A program made the position numbers and the translations under genes. The notes below the pieces were generated by a model, which worked only from the letters and a program-made list of their open reading frames with translations, was not told the DNA's origin and did not search any database. From Klebsormidium nitens (taxonomy: Eukaryota > Plantae > Klebsormidiophyceae), in the NCBI GenBank assembly GCA_000708835.1, contig DF237173.1:90855-136989 (forward strand): DNA of 46,135 bases, in the 5' to 3' direction. This document shows positions 33,301 through 45,895 of this stretch, in pieces (positions within the stretch are counted from its first letter, which is position 1; the number at the start of each line of letters is the position of its first letter).

Positions 33301-36300
33301 AGTTGCTTTCATCGCAATCATAAAGAAACAATAATAAAGAGGTTCTCATTCTAGGCGCGGCAAACGACTCGGTGCCCATTGGCATCACCCCTGAAATGAT
33401 TACTTGGCAGAAAGCGCGCTTCATGAGACGGCTTTGGGAAGTTGTTCAGAGTGCATCATGCATGACCATGATGATGCATGATCATGCATGACATGCTGAA
33501 AGTTGCATACAGCGGAAAGGATTGGGTTTGTTTGAGGTGTTGATGATGATTGGTCCTGGTTATCACACCTGATTATAGCTTTCGGAAGGGGTTTCAGGAT
33601 AATTTGGGGGCAGGAATTTCAACGGGATCATTGGAAACCGAAGCAAGAGCTCAAGAGAGTTTCAGAAAGGAATGCAGACGGTATTGCTTGTATTCATTGA
33701 CCTCAAAAGTGGGATGGTGGCCACAGACATTGCAAGCCTGCGCTGCCCCAATAACACCTTCTCGTCATCCGAAGAGCACTTCTTGCAGGTGCTTTCATAG
33801 CGCTTCTCATATCACCAGGAGCAACGAGATTTAAGCTAAGTTCACATTCATTGCAGACAACATGAGCTTGTACCAACCGGAGCACACCCTCTACGGCGAC
33901 TACATCTACCGCGACTGGGATCCTCGCCTGGTGACGGACGTTTTGGACCGTCTGACGCCGTCCAACATGCGCGTCGACATCGTCACCCAGCACTTTGATG
34001 CCAGCGCGCCAGGTGGGTTTGGCTAACCCACATGTGAAGCAGGCTGCTAACCCCTCGGTCAGAGGGTAGGACAATGAATGCAGTCGGATCCGGAGACTGC
34101 GTTGTGGTAAAAGAGTGCGAACGGCATTGCACGGAAGGGCTCAGGCCTGGATTGTGGTCGTTAGCTCATAAAAGTCGTTTCGTCATCATGTGATGCTTCA
34201 AAAATCTCCATCTCGAGAATTCGACACATTCAGCGATGTTCTTATTTCAGTTTCGGGTCTGCGACTCTGGTCACGGATGACAAGCCCTATCTCAGATTTC
34301 ATCATCCCTTGGCATTCAACACAAATTGATGCACTACCTTGGCTTTTAATCCTGGGTACCCTCCTTTCCCAGGCGTCTTGAAGGAGCCATGGTTCGAGGT
34401 CCCCTACACCGTCGAACCCCTTCCAAACGACCTCCTCCAAACTTGGTCTCAGCCTCCGGGGGTCGATTCTGCGCTGAAGATGCCCCCCCGGAACGAGTAC
34501 ATTCCGCTCGACTTCTCCTTGAGAGCGGAAAAGGAACCCGAGAAGGCTGGGGCGAACGGGGCCGCCGCAGCCAACGGCGTGGGGGGACGAAAAGAGGGGA
34601 AAGTGGAACCCCCCGTGGTGATACACGAGGATGAGTCGCTCAAGTTATGGTGAGAGACGCACCTTGGATATGTCGGTTGAGGTGCAAAGGATTTGTAAAT
34701 TTCGGTGGCATGATCCTGGTCTTTGATTCCTTCGCGCATGTTTTCTTCCGGAAGAAAGCTTGTGCCCTTTCATCGTAATCAACAAACACTCTACATGTCG
34801 CCAAAGTGCCCGCTTGCATTGCGCACAGACAATCTACGGTGTGAAGGAGGGCGTCAGCCGCACATAACATTTGTACGTCTGGCGAAAGCAACTTGGGACT
34901 TGCACCGAATATTTTTGCTCATTCACGCCTGCAGGTTCAAGCAGGACACTCAGTTCAAGACTCCGCGCGCCAACATGTACTTCTCCATCACGAGCCCCGT
35001 CGCCCATTCTTCCGTTGACAACTGTGTCATGACAGAATTGTTCGTAAAGCTGGTGGAAGATGCGCTCAACGAAACGCTCTACCTGGTGAGTGGCTTTTCC
35101 AGTGGGTTCTTGAATCTATGTTTGTGGGATATAGTACCAGCTTGTCTGCGAACTCTGTTACCGTTTGATATTCCAGCTTTTTGCCCTTGTTTTCATTGCT
35201 GTCATTTCGTACGCTTTGCCGTGCTGAATCTGGCTTCGACGTGCCTGAGAGAGAGACGTCTCAGAAAAGATGGTTTGGAACTTTGGATCCCTGCAACCCT
35301 CTGACCCTGATCGTGGGGCTGAATCGCAAAGCATCGTCCACCGTCTAACTCCGTTTTCAGAGAAGGGCAGACTCGAGATGAAGACTGATGTCATTCGGTT
35401 TGACCGCTCTGCTTTTCTTCCTATTCCGCCCGCCAGATAGTGTTAGCGACTCTTGAACTCTCGGTTGTCAAACTCGAAATAACGTTACGGCTGTCCATCA
35501 ACAACATCAATGTGAACCTTCTTTGACACTTTAGCTCGGCAACTTCTAAGCTTGTAAGATACGTTGCGAACCCGAGAGACCCTTGAACCGTTAAAGAGTG
35601 ATTCTTTTTCGCGCACAGGCGAACGTCGCCAAGCTGGACTCGTCAATCGCGATTCACGCGGACAAGTTTGAGCTACGGGTTGGCGGCTTCAGCGACAAAC
35701 TTCTCAAGCTCGTGTCCAGACTGTTCACGGAGCTTCGGTGAGTCCCTCGCTCACTTTCTTCCAACGCTTTGCGAAGTTGCTCGATCATTATGACATTTGA
35801 CGAGCTTGCATTGGGCTGCCCTGCTTTCCCCGTTCTTTCCAAAAGCTGTGAGACTCATGAATTCCACCTGTTCCCGAGCAGCGGGGATCCTTACGCACCG
35901 TCGCTACCCCCGCAGGCGCTTTGAGGTGCGGCCGGACCGGTTCTTGGTGATGCGCGAGGCGAGCGAGCGCGGGTACCGCAACGTCAACATGAAGCCGCTC
36001 AAGCACAGCGCGTACCTGCGTCTCGCGCTGCTCAAGGAGCGCCACTGGCCCTTCGAGGACCGGCTTGCGGCGCTTGGGCGAATCACCGCAGAGGACGTCC
36101 GAAAGTTCGTACCAAGCCTCTTCGAAAAGGTGAGTTAGTGATTATAGTTGGTCTGTTTCTGAGCATTGTGGTTCGTTCTGACCCCTTCAGAACGTTTGGA
36201 AGGAGCGCTCCTGGCCCTCTGAGGACCGCCTTGCGGTGCTCGGGCATATCACCACGGAGGGACGTCCGGAAGTTCGTACCCACGTTGTTCCAAAAGCATA

Positions 36301-39300
36301 GTACGTCCAAAATTTGCACCGGACCTGTTCGGAAAGGTCCGTTTCCAGTTATTTGTGGTCCGTTCCCGATAATGTTGGTCTATTTCATTCACTATGGGTC
36401 CTGCCTTGATTACTCAGGAGCGTTCGGAAATTGCTCTGTAGGTCAGAACATCTTTGAACGTAATGTTAGTTTCTGCGTCTCCTGACAAGAAGTTTCGAAG
36501 TATCAGGTGCGGTGTACACCCGTCAAAAGGGTGTGATTCCACCAGGTACCCGGTCGGAGACATTTCAAGGCCTCCGACCAGATTTGATGCGCTTGATGAC
36601 GCCATCTTGAGAGTGAAGCTGACACAGAGCCAGTTAGAGCCCAGTCGGTCCAATTTCTGCCAGCTGTCAATCGGCTTCGCGTCCTTTTGTCTCAACCGAC
36701 GCCGTCTCTGACACAGGGCGCTTCGCGCTTCGCGCCATTTGCAGACTGAAGCCGACTCAGAGTTAGATCAGCCCAGTCTTTCGCCAGCTGTCAAGCGCTT
36801 TCACGCCCTTTGACACACTGCTTTCCGGTTGACACCCACATCTTACTCACAGACCTTCGTCGAGGTGTTGGCGCACGGCAACCTGACCCGCAGCGAGGCT
36901 CTCCAACTCGTCGGCATCGTTAAGGAAGCGTTCCCCGGTTCCCCGCTTTCCCCCGAGGAGCGACCGGTTGAAAGGATCCTGCGGCTGCCGGAAGGCGTAC
37001 AGTATCTGCACGAGGTGGAGACCAAGAACGACGCCGAAGAAAACTCAGTCGTGGAGGTGGGCTGGGGACAATCTTGAGTCGAAAAGGTTGAGAGCCTAGT
37101 TGGAAACATGCCGAGAAAGATTGCAGCTTTGAAGACACGCCTCGATACGGTGCTCGCAGTCGGCTTTGACGGGTTTTGATGCGAGATCGCTTTATGGCAC
37201 CCTTTCAAACAGGTTTCGAGATATCACACCTTTACAGACTTGCATTCTGGTTCTTTCATAGACAGTTTTTTACGCACCTTGAGCTTTGGTGGGTCAGTCT
37301 TTTGTAAAGTTGTTGCTGCCTTCTTTCAGGCAAAGAAGGTGACGGTCGCTCAGCAGATTCACATTCCTGCTGACGTGCTCCCATTCTTTGTCGCAGATGT
37401 ACTATCAAGTTGGGCTGCCGCGAAAGCAGTCTTACGCCGCTGACTATGCTCTGGTGGATCTCTTGGAGCAACTGGCATACGAACCCTTCTATGACCAACT
37501 CAGGTGAGCAATGGTACTACTTGTTTGGATCGGACGCCTGTGACAATGTGGGGGTGTGATCGTTCTGTCTCTTGAAGCATATAAAGCCGCGCTGCAATGG
37601 TGCTTACCCAAGGCTTGGAGCACGGGAAATCGAGATGAGCACTCTCTTTGGCTACAGCAAGCTTGGAGGTTGACCATCTTCCGTGACTAATCTTTTTTGC
37701 TACAAATGTTTTTCATCCTGTCCCAACTTTTTGAGACCATTCATAGCGTTGAGCAAGTTGGCCTTAAAGGTTGATTCACTCAGAAGTCACTCAAAAACCT
37801 TTGCTCGCCGTACTCCTTCGTACAATTCAGGTACTGCGTCGACTGCAGATATCCATCGGTTCTACGCTTCTTTTCTTTCTCAACCTTCTCAAAGTGTCGA
37901 TTTGCTCTTCAGCTAAACATCCTTATAAGCCAGTGTTCTACGTTATGCTGTCCAGGACCAAGGAGCAGCTGGTTACCCCGTCGACTGCTAGCCGGTGCTC
38001 CGCTTCTGTTTCTCTAATCTTTCTCACCGTTCTAGTTTTCTTTCTTTTCCAGGACCAAGGAGCAGCTCGGATACCGAGTCGACTGCGGCGTGCGTGCAAC
38101 GCACCGCGTGCTCGGCTTCTGTTTTCGGGTGCAGTCCGCCGACTACGCTCCCGACCACTTACACAAACGCGGCGAGGCGTTTCTGACCACCTTCCGAAAG
38201 CAACTGGTAAGGTCCGGGAGTCCTATACCTTCGCGTATCTTCGTTGTCCTTTTTCATGCTCATTTGGCAGGGAGGGTTCTGCGGGTGTATAGTCAGTCGG
38301 GCGAAAGCGGAGCGGCTGACTTTCGTCAATGGCCTGTGGATCAAAAGAGTTGTCTCTAAGGATCTCAGTATCTCTAAGAAGTTATCAAGGGCATCTCAGG
38401 TTCAGGAGCTTCTTTGTACAAGGTCGCTCTTTCACCTCCTCTTCCTCTTGTAGGTCGTCCTGTAGTCCCGAGGAAATGAATAAGACCTCCGGTGTTTCAG
38501 CTCGTAGTTTTGAAATTTTGAGTTTGGCATGCTGGTCAAGAGGGAACCGCTTCAGAAAACCTGCTCACGTGAATGACAAAGAGAGTGTCTCGTTCTCAAA
38601 ACCGTCCGTTTTTGAATCCTGACCTTTTGTGTGTCTCTCAGGCTGAGAAGCCGGCGGACGAATTTGACGAGTAGCGCTTTATCCCCTTGATGCCCCGGAC
38701 TTTTTGAAACTCCGGAGAACTACATACCCAGTTGAAAACATCTTTTAGACTCACCCCCCCACTATGTTCTGTCCCTCCAGGCTGACATGCCGGCGGACGA
38801 GTTCGACGAGCACCGCGAGTCGCTGATCGACGAGAAGCTGCAAAAAGACCACGCGCTGCGCGAGGAGAGCGACCGTTTCTGGGAGCAGATTTGGGAGCCG
38901 CGGTTAGTTACTTGCCGCGTTTCCTTTTTAGTCTCCTGTGCTGCATGCTTTTCAGAGCGGTCTGACTTAGGCTTCTCTTGCTTCTGCTTTGCTTGTTCTC
39001 CGCACTGGCCAGAATGTGGTGAAATTTAATGGAGTCTACTTCTTCTTTGGGTCCGCTGAGTAGCGCTAATTTGGATGGAAACAGCAAGTGCTGTCATTTG
39101 GATTGCGTTGTCCCCTGGGTGCGTCAAGTTTGCAAGCAAAGTAGCCCGTGTAGGTATCCGCCACTAACTGCCATATCTATCAGGGCGAGGCGTTTCGATC
39201 GTGCAAGCATTGCCGATTGCCTAACATCAAGCCCCGGCCTCGTGAAGAGGTAGCTCAACACCTCGTCCATATTCGTATTAGAAGCGGCCGGCGCCCGAGC

Positions 39301-39721
39301 AAGCGTTTTGACTAGCGGAGAACGATGCTATATTGTTCCCAACCCCTCTGCTCAGCTCATTGTGCTGCTTCACCTGCATCTGAGCCTGCGTGCGAACCTG
39401 CCAGCGATGATGGTTTTGCTCTTACTCGGGTTCAGGTACATGTTCGACGCACGGCAACAAGAAGCCGCCGCGTTGCAAACGGTTACTAAGGAACAGGTAT
39501 TAGAGTGGTTTGACGAGCACATAGCACAGACTTCGGGGCGACGAAAGCGGCTGAGCATACACGTGTGGGGGCGCAAGGCAGCGGAAAAGCAAGGGGGGAT
39601 TGCAGCGGTGCAGAGTAAACAGGTTGAGGTTGCAGGGGATGAGAAGCTCGTGCGGACGTTGGACGGGAGCGAGTTGAGAACGGGGCTGGAGTTCTTTCCG
39701 GTCCCCGAATTGACAGCTTGA
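27375..39721 (+). CDS. Nardilysin-like / insulinase family (M16A) zinc metallopeptidase, ~1065 aa
   Basis: Twenty phase-consistent exons: 27375-27591, 28621-28733, 29138-29213, 29500-29546, 29856-29968, 30244-30317, 30840-31058, 31673-31915, 32497-32645, 33070-33226, 33857-34012, 34373-34649, 34935-35085, 35619-35737, 35916-36129, 36853-37056, 37397-37503, 38053-38206, 38781-38902, 39436-39721 (3198 nt). Inverted zinc motif GLAHFLEHMLFMGS, KHGGGSNAFT, an N-terminal D/E-rich insert typical of nardilysin, and QLRTKEQLGY. Confidence 0.95.
33451..33498. repeat. CATG/ATG low-complexity tract in an intron
   Basis: gtgcatcatgcatgaccatgatgatgcatgatcatgcatgacatgctg. Confidence 0.7.
36599..36812. repeat. 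Diverged ~85-bp intronic direct repeat, 2 copies
   Basis: cgccat..gaagc(t/c)gac(a/t)cagag..agcccagtc..gccagctgtcaa occurs at about 36599-36690 and 36732-36812. Confidence 0.7.
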
Positions 39722-40703
39722 TGTTGACTAAGTGCTTGTTACGATGCACGCGAAATCAAGGGCTTACATCTCGTGAGTTTTCCCGATGGTTCTTGGCGGT
39801 AAGAGATGTTTCACAAAATATCTTGTCACACCGTTATAGACACACACCTGCGCGCTGAGCATCGCAAACATGAGAGCATTGGGCTCGCTAAATGTCAATC
39901 CGCAGCTTGTCGAGTCACTCATTCAGTGTGCAATGCATGCAGTCCGCCTGCATCTCAAAGCTTTGAATCGTGAGTCGCATGCAATCTCATGCAAGATCCC
40001 GCCCACTGATTCGAATTGGCTCAATGCAGCTAATTCAGGATCTGATATACGCACGTGATTTTGGAGGGCAACGTATGCATACAGCTTTCAGAATGCAAAG
40101 CGGAAACTGTGCGCTGAAGGCAAGCCTGCAGATCGATCATTTCAATTTCAGATCTGACTGTCAAATATGTGATTGCCAGTCTTTGCGCATGATGTATACT
40201 GGTATGTAGAGCATGTGATGACAAGTGCCAGGTGAGATGCATGCAAGTTTTAACTGGCATGGCGGATCGACAGCATTTCATGGAGAGCACGCTCAAGGAG
40301 ATGGCATTCAACTATTCAATTGATTGCAACCTACAAACTTAGATGCTTTCATCTGTAGACACAGCGTGCTGGATCATTGTGAGTGCGTATATACACACAT
40401 GGATGTTGCAGCTCAGGTTTACTAGTTGTTGGTCACGGGTGCAGAACGACCCAGAGTAAGTTTTTCCTGACTGCACGTCGCCGCAAGCATTGATCGTGCC
40501 AGACCGATGTTAGTGCTAATATCGCAAATTGAATGGCAGGTTAATGATCCGCGGACATAAAGCTACAGCTTGAAAGCTGGTTAACTTAGCAAAACTTCCG
40601 AGAATCGTGAGTAGATTTACTGTACATGCATCTTGTCACCTATATACTGACGTGGGTGTTGTCGTATTCTCAATCACAGCCTATATACAGGTCATTCTTG
40701 CAG

Positions 40704-41570
40704 CTAACACCTTCCATATCTATCCCTCTTCCTTCTAGCAGCTGGAGGGCCCTCGTCGTGAGGCACCTTGTTGTGAATCCGCGCTTTCAGGCCCATCATC
40801 AAGACTGGAAGATCGTACTTTCTTCCACCAACCACTTCCAGACCATCAAACTCGTTGTTAGGTCCAAGAGTCAACTCTGCATCCAGAATCTCTTCTGGCT
40901 CCCAGCAAAGGTACTCCTGACCAGACTCAGCTGGTTGCTCGCACTGCTCCAGTTGCAACCCGTCTTCTCCCTCTAAGGAACCTTCCATAACTGGGGGCAA
41001 GCGAACAAACCCGTTTCTCAAAACCTCGTCAAAAGCAGAGGCCAGACTCTCGTTAGAAAGACCTTGACAACTTTCCCCCTCGACACAACTGCAGCCCACA
41101 TTTATCTCGGCAGAATACTTAGGTCCTCTTTCTGACATCAATGCCACATCAAACCAGGCTGCCGTCTCTTCTCTTGACAGCTGACGGAAGAGAGCCCCCC
41201 TGACCCTCTTCCTTTTCGTTGCCGCCCCAGGGAAGGCCCAGGAAGCCTCAGGGGCGCCTTGTGACATGCCCAACCTGCCTCTGCTGACGTCTTTCTGAAG
41301 GCTGGGTGTGGACGAGCTGACGTCATCTGGGCGCACCACCCCGAAGCTGGCAAGAAAGCTGCCCAACGAACATTCTTCCTGACTGGGGCTCCTTTCAAAG
41401 CAGCGCGTATCCCTGCTCCCTGCAGTCCCACATGAGCTTCCAGAGCACCCCTGGGGTGACGTCACCTTTTCGTCAGCAGCTGACGTAGGAGCTCCAGAGA
41501 GCTGCTCCTTCCGGAAGGCCTCCCTCAGGAGCTCAAACTTGAACTGGCCCCGGTACACTGCAGCCGCCAT
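40704..41570 (-). CDS. Hypothetical protein (288 aa from ATG 41570; may be the terminal exon of a larger gene)
   Basis: A long open frame with good start context (gcgATGGCG) and protein-like, acidic composition. A possible upstream acceptor (catcgcag, about 41625) means it could be a spliced exon. No secure family match. Confidence 0.5.
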   Translation of the reverse strand: MAAAVYRGQFKFELLREAFRKEQLSGAPTSAADEKVTSPQGCSGSSCGTAGSRDTRCFERSPSQEECSLGSFLASFGVVRPDDVSSSTPSLQKDVSRGRLGMSQGAPEASWAFPGAATKRKRVRGALFRQLSREETAAWFDVALMSERGPKYSAEINVGCSCVEGESCQGLSNESLASAFDEVLRNGFVRLPPVMEGSLEGEDGLQLEQCEQPAESGQEYLCWEPEEILDAELTLGPNNEFDGLEVVGGRKYDLPVLMMGLKARIHNKVPHDEGPPAARRKRDRYGRC

Positions 41571-43355
41571 CGCGACTTCCGCTTCAGAGCAATGAAGGCC
41601 TCTCCTGCAGTTTATATGGCTACCCTGCGATGTCAAGTAATCCGCTTTCTTCTTCTTTGGGGATAGAACTCTTCAGCCTGTGGAGCTGTGAGCAGGCTCG
41701 TAGCTGGTGGGACTCTAGGACTCTTTGGTTTGCAGCGGCAGGGAGAATGTGTGAACGTCGCAGGTTTTTAGAGGAGCAGGCAAATACGCAAGCGCAGCTG
41801 GTATTGTGATCAAAGGATGGCTGCAAGGAGATTCACAAATGCTGCAGGGGCGTAGCTTCCACTTCTGCTTCTGGCAAAAGCTCCTGAGTTTGCAAACGCT
41901 GGGTCACATTGGCAAGGGCTGCTGCCAGCTTATGTGTCTACCACAAGCGAACCTAATTTGTATTGCGCTCTCAAATGACAATGTGGAGGAGACTGAAGAT
42001 TCAGCTTTGTAGGGTAGAAGCATACTGCTGGCAAATCAGAAAGACCTCTCGCATCTATTCTTGAAGGGAGAGCTTGCTGTGTCATGTAGGGGAGTTCCGA
42101 GTTCGTCACCGCCAGCAACTGCGGTGTCGCAACCGAACCCATCGCGGCAATCGCGGCGGTCCGAAGTTAGGCTTCAGATCCATCGGACGGTTCAGGATTC
42201 TCCATCACCGATGATCCCTTGCACGGTTGCGAAACCGCGAGACTCGGAGTCAGCAGGATGATCCCCCTTGGCCAGCTTTGCCCATGCGTGTTCCGAGATT
42301 CTTAAGATTCAACCATCGCCCAAAGCATGCCATACCTATTACCATGCCCATGCAGTGGTGATGGTGCACTTATTGAGTGCGAGGTACAGGACCACCTAGG
42401 TGCTTGGTTGGAGGATACGACGGGGTGCACTGTAAGCCGGCAGAGTTTCGCTTGGAAGCTCACGAGGCAAGCAGGCTGCAGCTTGCTCGCCCAGCTGGTC
42501 GAGCTACTATCGCCCCGCTGCTGAAGACGCCGGACTGGACTCGGAATCTTCGATCGTAGTGAACGAATCATACTACCTTGCTTGTACGTTAGAACAATGT
42601 GGCATCTGCATATATTTGCAGGGGCGACCGGCCAGGCAATCACAGCCTTCAATCAAATTCAATCGCACAATCAGATTGAGGGCAATTCTTATGTTCTTAA
42701 TTCTACTGGCATCTACCAGTGTGCACGTACTATGATATTAAAGACTCCAATCAGCTGAGACTTTCGGCTCCACAGCGTACATGTGCCTTGAGAGCTCATG
42801 CAGACAATTCGTTGATTGCATACTTCACTTGCATGATAAGCAATATGTGCTTCCACTTATATAACCACTGGCACCACTCTTACAGGCGCCCTTTCGTTAC
42901 GTTGAGGTTTTTTGTCCAGGTTGTCATAGGAGTTTCACCTCTTGGATTGTCTCCTGCATACTGCCTAATATGAAAGCATCTCATCACGCGCTGACTGACA
43001 ACTTCACACTGGCACATCAAAGCTGGCAAGACACGAATGTGTCGCAATGCATCCGACAATCTGATGTATCTGGGGCCTGGATGACTCGACTCAAGGTTTG
43101 GACCAAAATCCTGAACATCCTGCAAGAGAATGACTCTCACATATGCAAAAGCCCTTCGAGAATCGACGAGGAACCCATGCCGAGCCCTCGTTCGGCCAAA
43201 GAAAGCTGCCCGGCGGCCAGAACGCGTTTTCACTTCCGCTTTGCTACACTTGCGAACGCATATTGGATTTCGGGTCCGCTCTAATGATGACCGAGTGCAC
43301 GCCGGTTTATTCGTTTAAGCTGGGATTTGAGAACAGCGCCACTCTTTGGAGAAGA

Positions 43356-45094
43356 TCACTTTGCTCCTTTGCAGACGTCCTTGTGCCCTGCCTTCCACGC
43401 ACTCTTCTGGCACTCTGCAATAGGAAGAAGGCTGCTTGAAGGCTGATTGCAGGTTGATTGATCGATGCCTATGCAAGTGGTACCCCTTGAACTCGAAGCC
43501 GACAGTCAACCCACCTCAATCCTGAGCTCCACACAGGATCCATGTCCTCAACCAAGCATTCATCAAGGAAATTGACCGCTGAGGCCGGGCCAGTAAGCCA
43601 CTCAAGGACGAAAGAAGGGAAGAGTTAAGAATCAGGTCAGACAGTCTCAGACCAGTGTGAAACCATCACAGCTAAAACACAAGACCGTCTCGTGATCTCG
43701 CAGCTAAGTTTCCTCCTTTGTTCTACAGGGTACTCGCTTATGGGACCTGTTTGGAGAAGACGTACCGAAACCATTCGCTGTTGGATGGATCCAACTGCTC
43801 ACGGGCTTCCAATCTGAGCGATAGCAGGCAGAAGATTCTTACCTCTCCCGCAATACACTGCATTTTGGCAGGCCGCACACTTTCGGAACTCCCCTCGTTT
43901 GGTCTCGACCTTCTCGCACCCTGAGCACTTCTTGGTCCCTTTCTTCTCCTTCACTTTGGAGGCCCCCCTCTCAGCCCCTCTCAACTCCTTCCCCGCCTCG
44001 ACATGCTCTTCTTCAGTGGAACCAAGAGCCTGTCGCAGTTTCTGCACCTTTTTCTGAGCCACAGGGTCGTTCTGAGCCTGCTTTTGCATCTTCTGAGTCA
44101 GCATTTCATGATCCTCTTCACCTAGGGCTGTCCCCTGGCCAGCATCTGAGCTAAGCAAGGCGGCAAGCTTTGTCACCAAAATCTGATTCTCGCGGTCTAG
44201 TTGCTTGGGACAGAGTACCAGGGCAAGCATCGCCGACCTCAGATCAGCAGGGAAGTCATAAGGAGTAGAAGATGACGCAGAAGCTGACGCAGGCCACTTG
44301 CTCTTATCCAGTGACCTGCCTGAGAGAAGCCTCTGGAGCAGCTGCAGCGTACGGCTAATGGTCACCTTGTCATCAGGAAGCAGGAAGACCCTTTCTGCCA
44401 GCAGGAGCAGGCCATATTCTAAGGAGGCAAAGTCAGCATATTGTTGAACGGAATGCAGCAGCGAGATGGCGCTTTGGTGATTTCGAAAGCCGCTGACCAG
44501 CGCGGCAACTAGGGAAGCGTGCTGCAGAACAATTGCAAGGAAAGCGGTGCTCTTCCCAATCTCTTTGCACGCCGACTCGCAGAGGCACAGCTTGGGTAAC
44601 GCGTTGATCAATTTATTCATCGCGTTGTGCTGGACGACAAGAGTGTTCGAGTCCTTGTCTCCGACCGTCTGCAACTTTTGAGCAAGAGCTTTCAGAAGGG
44701 GTACAAAGCAGGGAGAAGCTTTCAGCATGTAATCGACAGAGTGAGCGTTGACTGCAAGGCCTGAAACGGCTCCCAGAATGACGACAGGCTTGAAGAGAGC
44801 AGCAACCTGGCGGTTGGATGTCAGAGTATGTGAACTTGGATACACCAGCCATGATCCATAAACGGACTCTTCCAACCCCTTTGTAATTGCTTTCATGAAT
44901 CCTTTCCGCAAGACAAACGCCGCAGCTTGGATGTCTCCCTCCGAAGGCTCTGATCGTTGTAGCGACTTGGAATGAACATCTCCAAACCTTTTGATTGCCA
45001 GCATCCTCGTTGCTTCCCTATCTGAACCAGCATCCTCCAGGATTTTTCGCAAAAACGCCCAATTTGGTGGTTTGAGCCGATCGCCATCACCCAT
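43356..45094 (-). CDS. MYND zinc-finger protein with a helical N-terminal region, 436 aa
   Basis: Exons 45094-43843 and 43414-43356 (donor G|GTAAGA, acceptor ttgcag). The join gives CSGC..RKCAACQNAVYCGRECQKSAWKAGHKDVC, a complete zf-MYND signature. Confidence 0.88.
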
Positions 45095-45872
45095 TTTTGA
45101 CAGGTAAATCCTTCTCGATGCTTCTCCCCTTGAGCCTCTCCTTGCTCGCCTGAATTATGCCGTTCACGTGCATGCACCCTGTCTCATAGCGCAAGAAGCA
45201 GATACACGTTTGTCCGCTGCACCTACTCGGAGATGCGTCGCGGCCTCTTGCCAGCTAGGTACGATTATTCTCCTTGTTACTCGATCTTGCATTGCAGATT
45301 AGGGAAATGAAAGCCTGATCCGACGAATCCTGCTTCCTTTTTCTGCCGCGCCTGGAGTGCCTGTGTAATGCGGCTGAAGCGTCCTACATGAAAGGCAAAG
45401 CTTTGATTGCGGCTTGGTCCAGGAGTGGGACCACCAGGACGCGCCTCGACGCGCAAGGCGCTTCGTCACGATGCAGAGCAACCATTCTGACTCTGTTCGG
45501 ACTCGTTAAAGTCTACGACGATACGCAAAGCTAGCAACGAGTCAGGACGCCGGTTAGGCCTGCCAGATCACGCCCTGAGCTGTTCAGTTCTGACGAGCGA
45601 CAGGACTTCGTGGACTGCGCTCTACGCAGACTGCTCTTCGGAGACTTCGCGGACTCGCTCCAAGAATACAAGGGGCAGGCTGATAAGCATGGAGATTGCA
45701 CCTCTTTTCGTCCTCTTTTCTTGCCCACGAGATCCATGTTCGAGTCTGACGAGCTCAGAGGCGTCACTGACCTTCATATCGGTCTGAGCTGTGCCCTGAT
45801 GTTCTAAATATCTTGCATGATGGTCTGGTTGAAGTCCGGGTTCTCTTGTTGCTTGCTTTGAAATAAACAAGC

Positions 45873-45895
45873 ACAACACACACACACACATACAC
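45873..45895. repeat. (CA)n microsatellite
   Basis: acaacacacacacacacatacac. Confidence 0.8.

Larger units (their letters stand above)
30722..38680 (+). repeat. Five intronic partial copies of adjacent exon edges in the peptidase gene
   Basis: 30722-30744 copies the acceptor and start of exon 7. 31191-31250 copies the end of exon 7. 36198-36296 copies the end of exon 15. 37950-38015 copies the acceptor and start of exon 18. 38636-38680 copies the acceptor and start of exon 19. Confidence 0.85.

Noticed and set aside
39900-40300. CATGCA (RY-like) motifs, also at 33451-33498
   Set aside because: They sit in an intron or downstream of convergent genes in TGCA/CATG-rich low-complexity sequence. 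There is no positional support for a regulatory role.
40626-40976. 116-aa plus-strand ORF
   Set aside because: It is the antisense shadow of the acidic minus-strand ORF.
42880-43284. ORFs or a possible exon linking the MYND gene to ORF 40704-41570
   Set aside because: The MYND gene stops at 43356, and no phase-consistent exon chain could be built.
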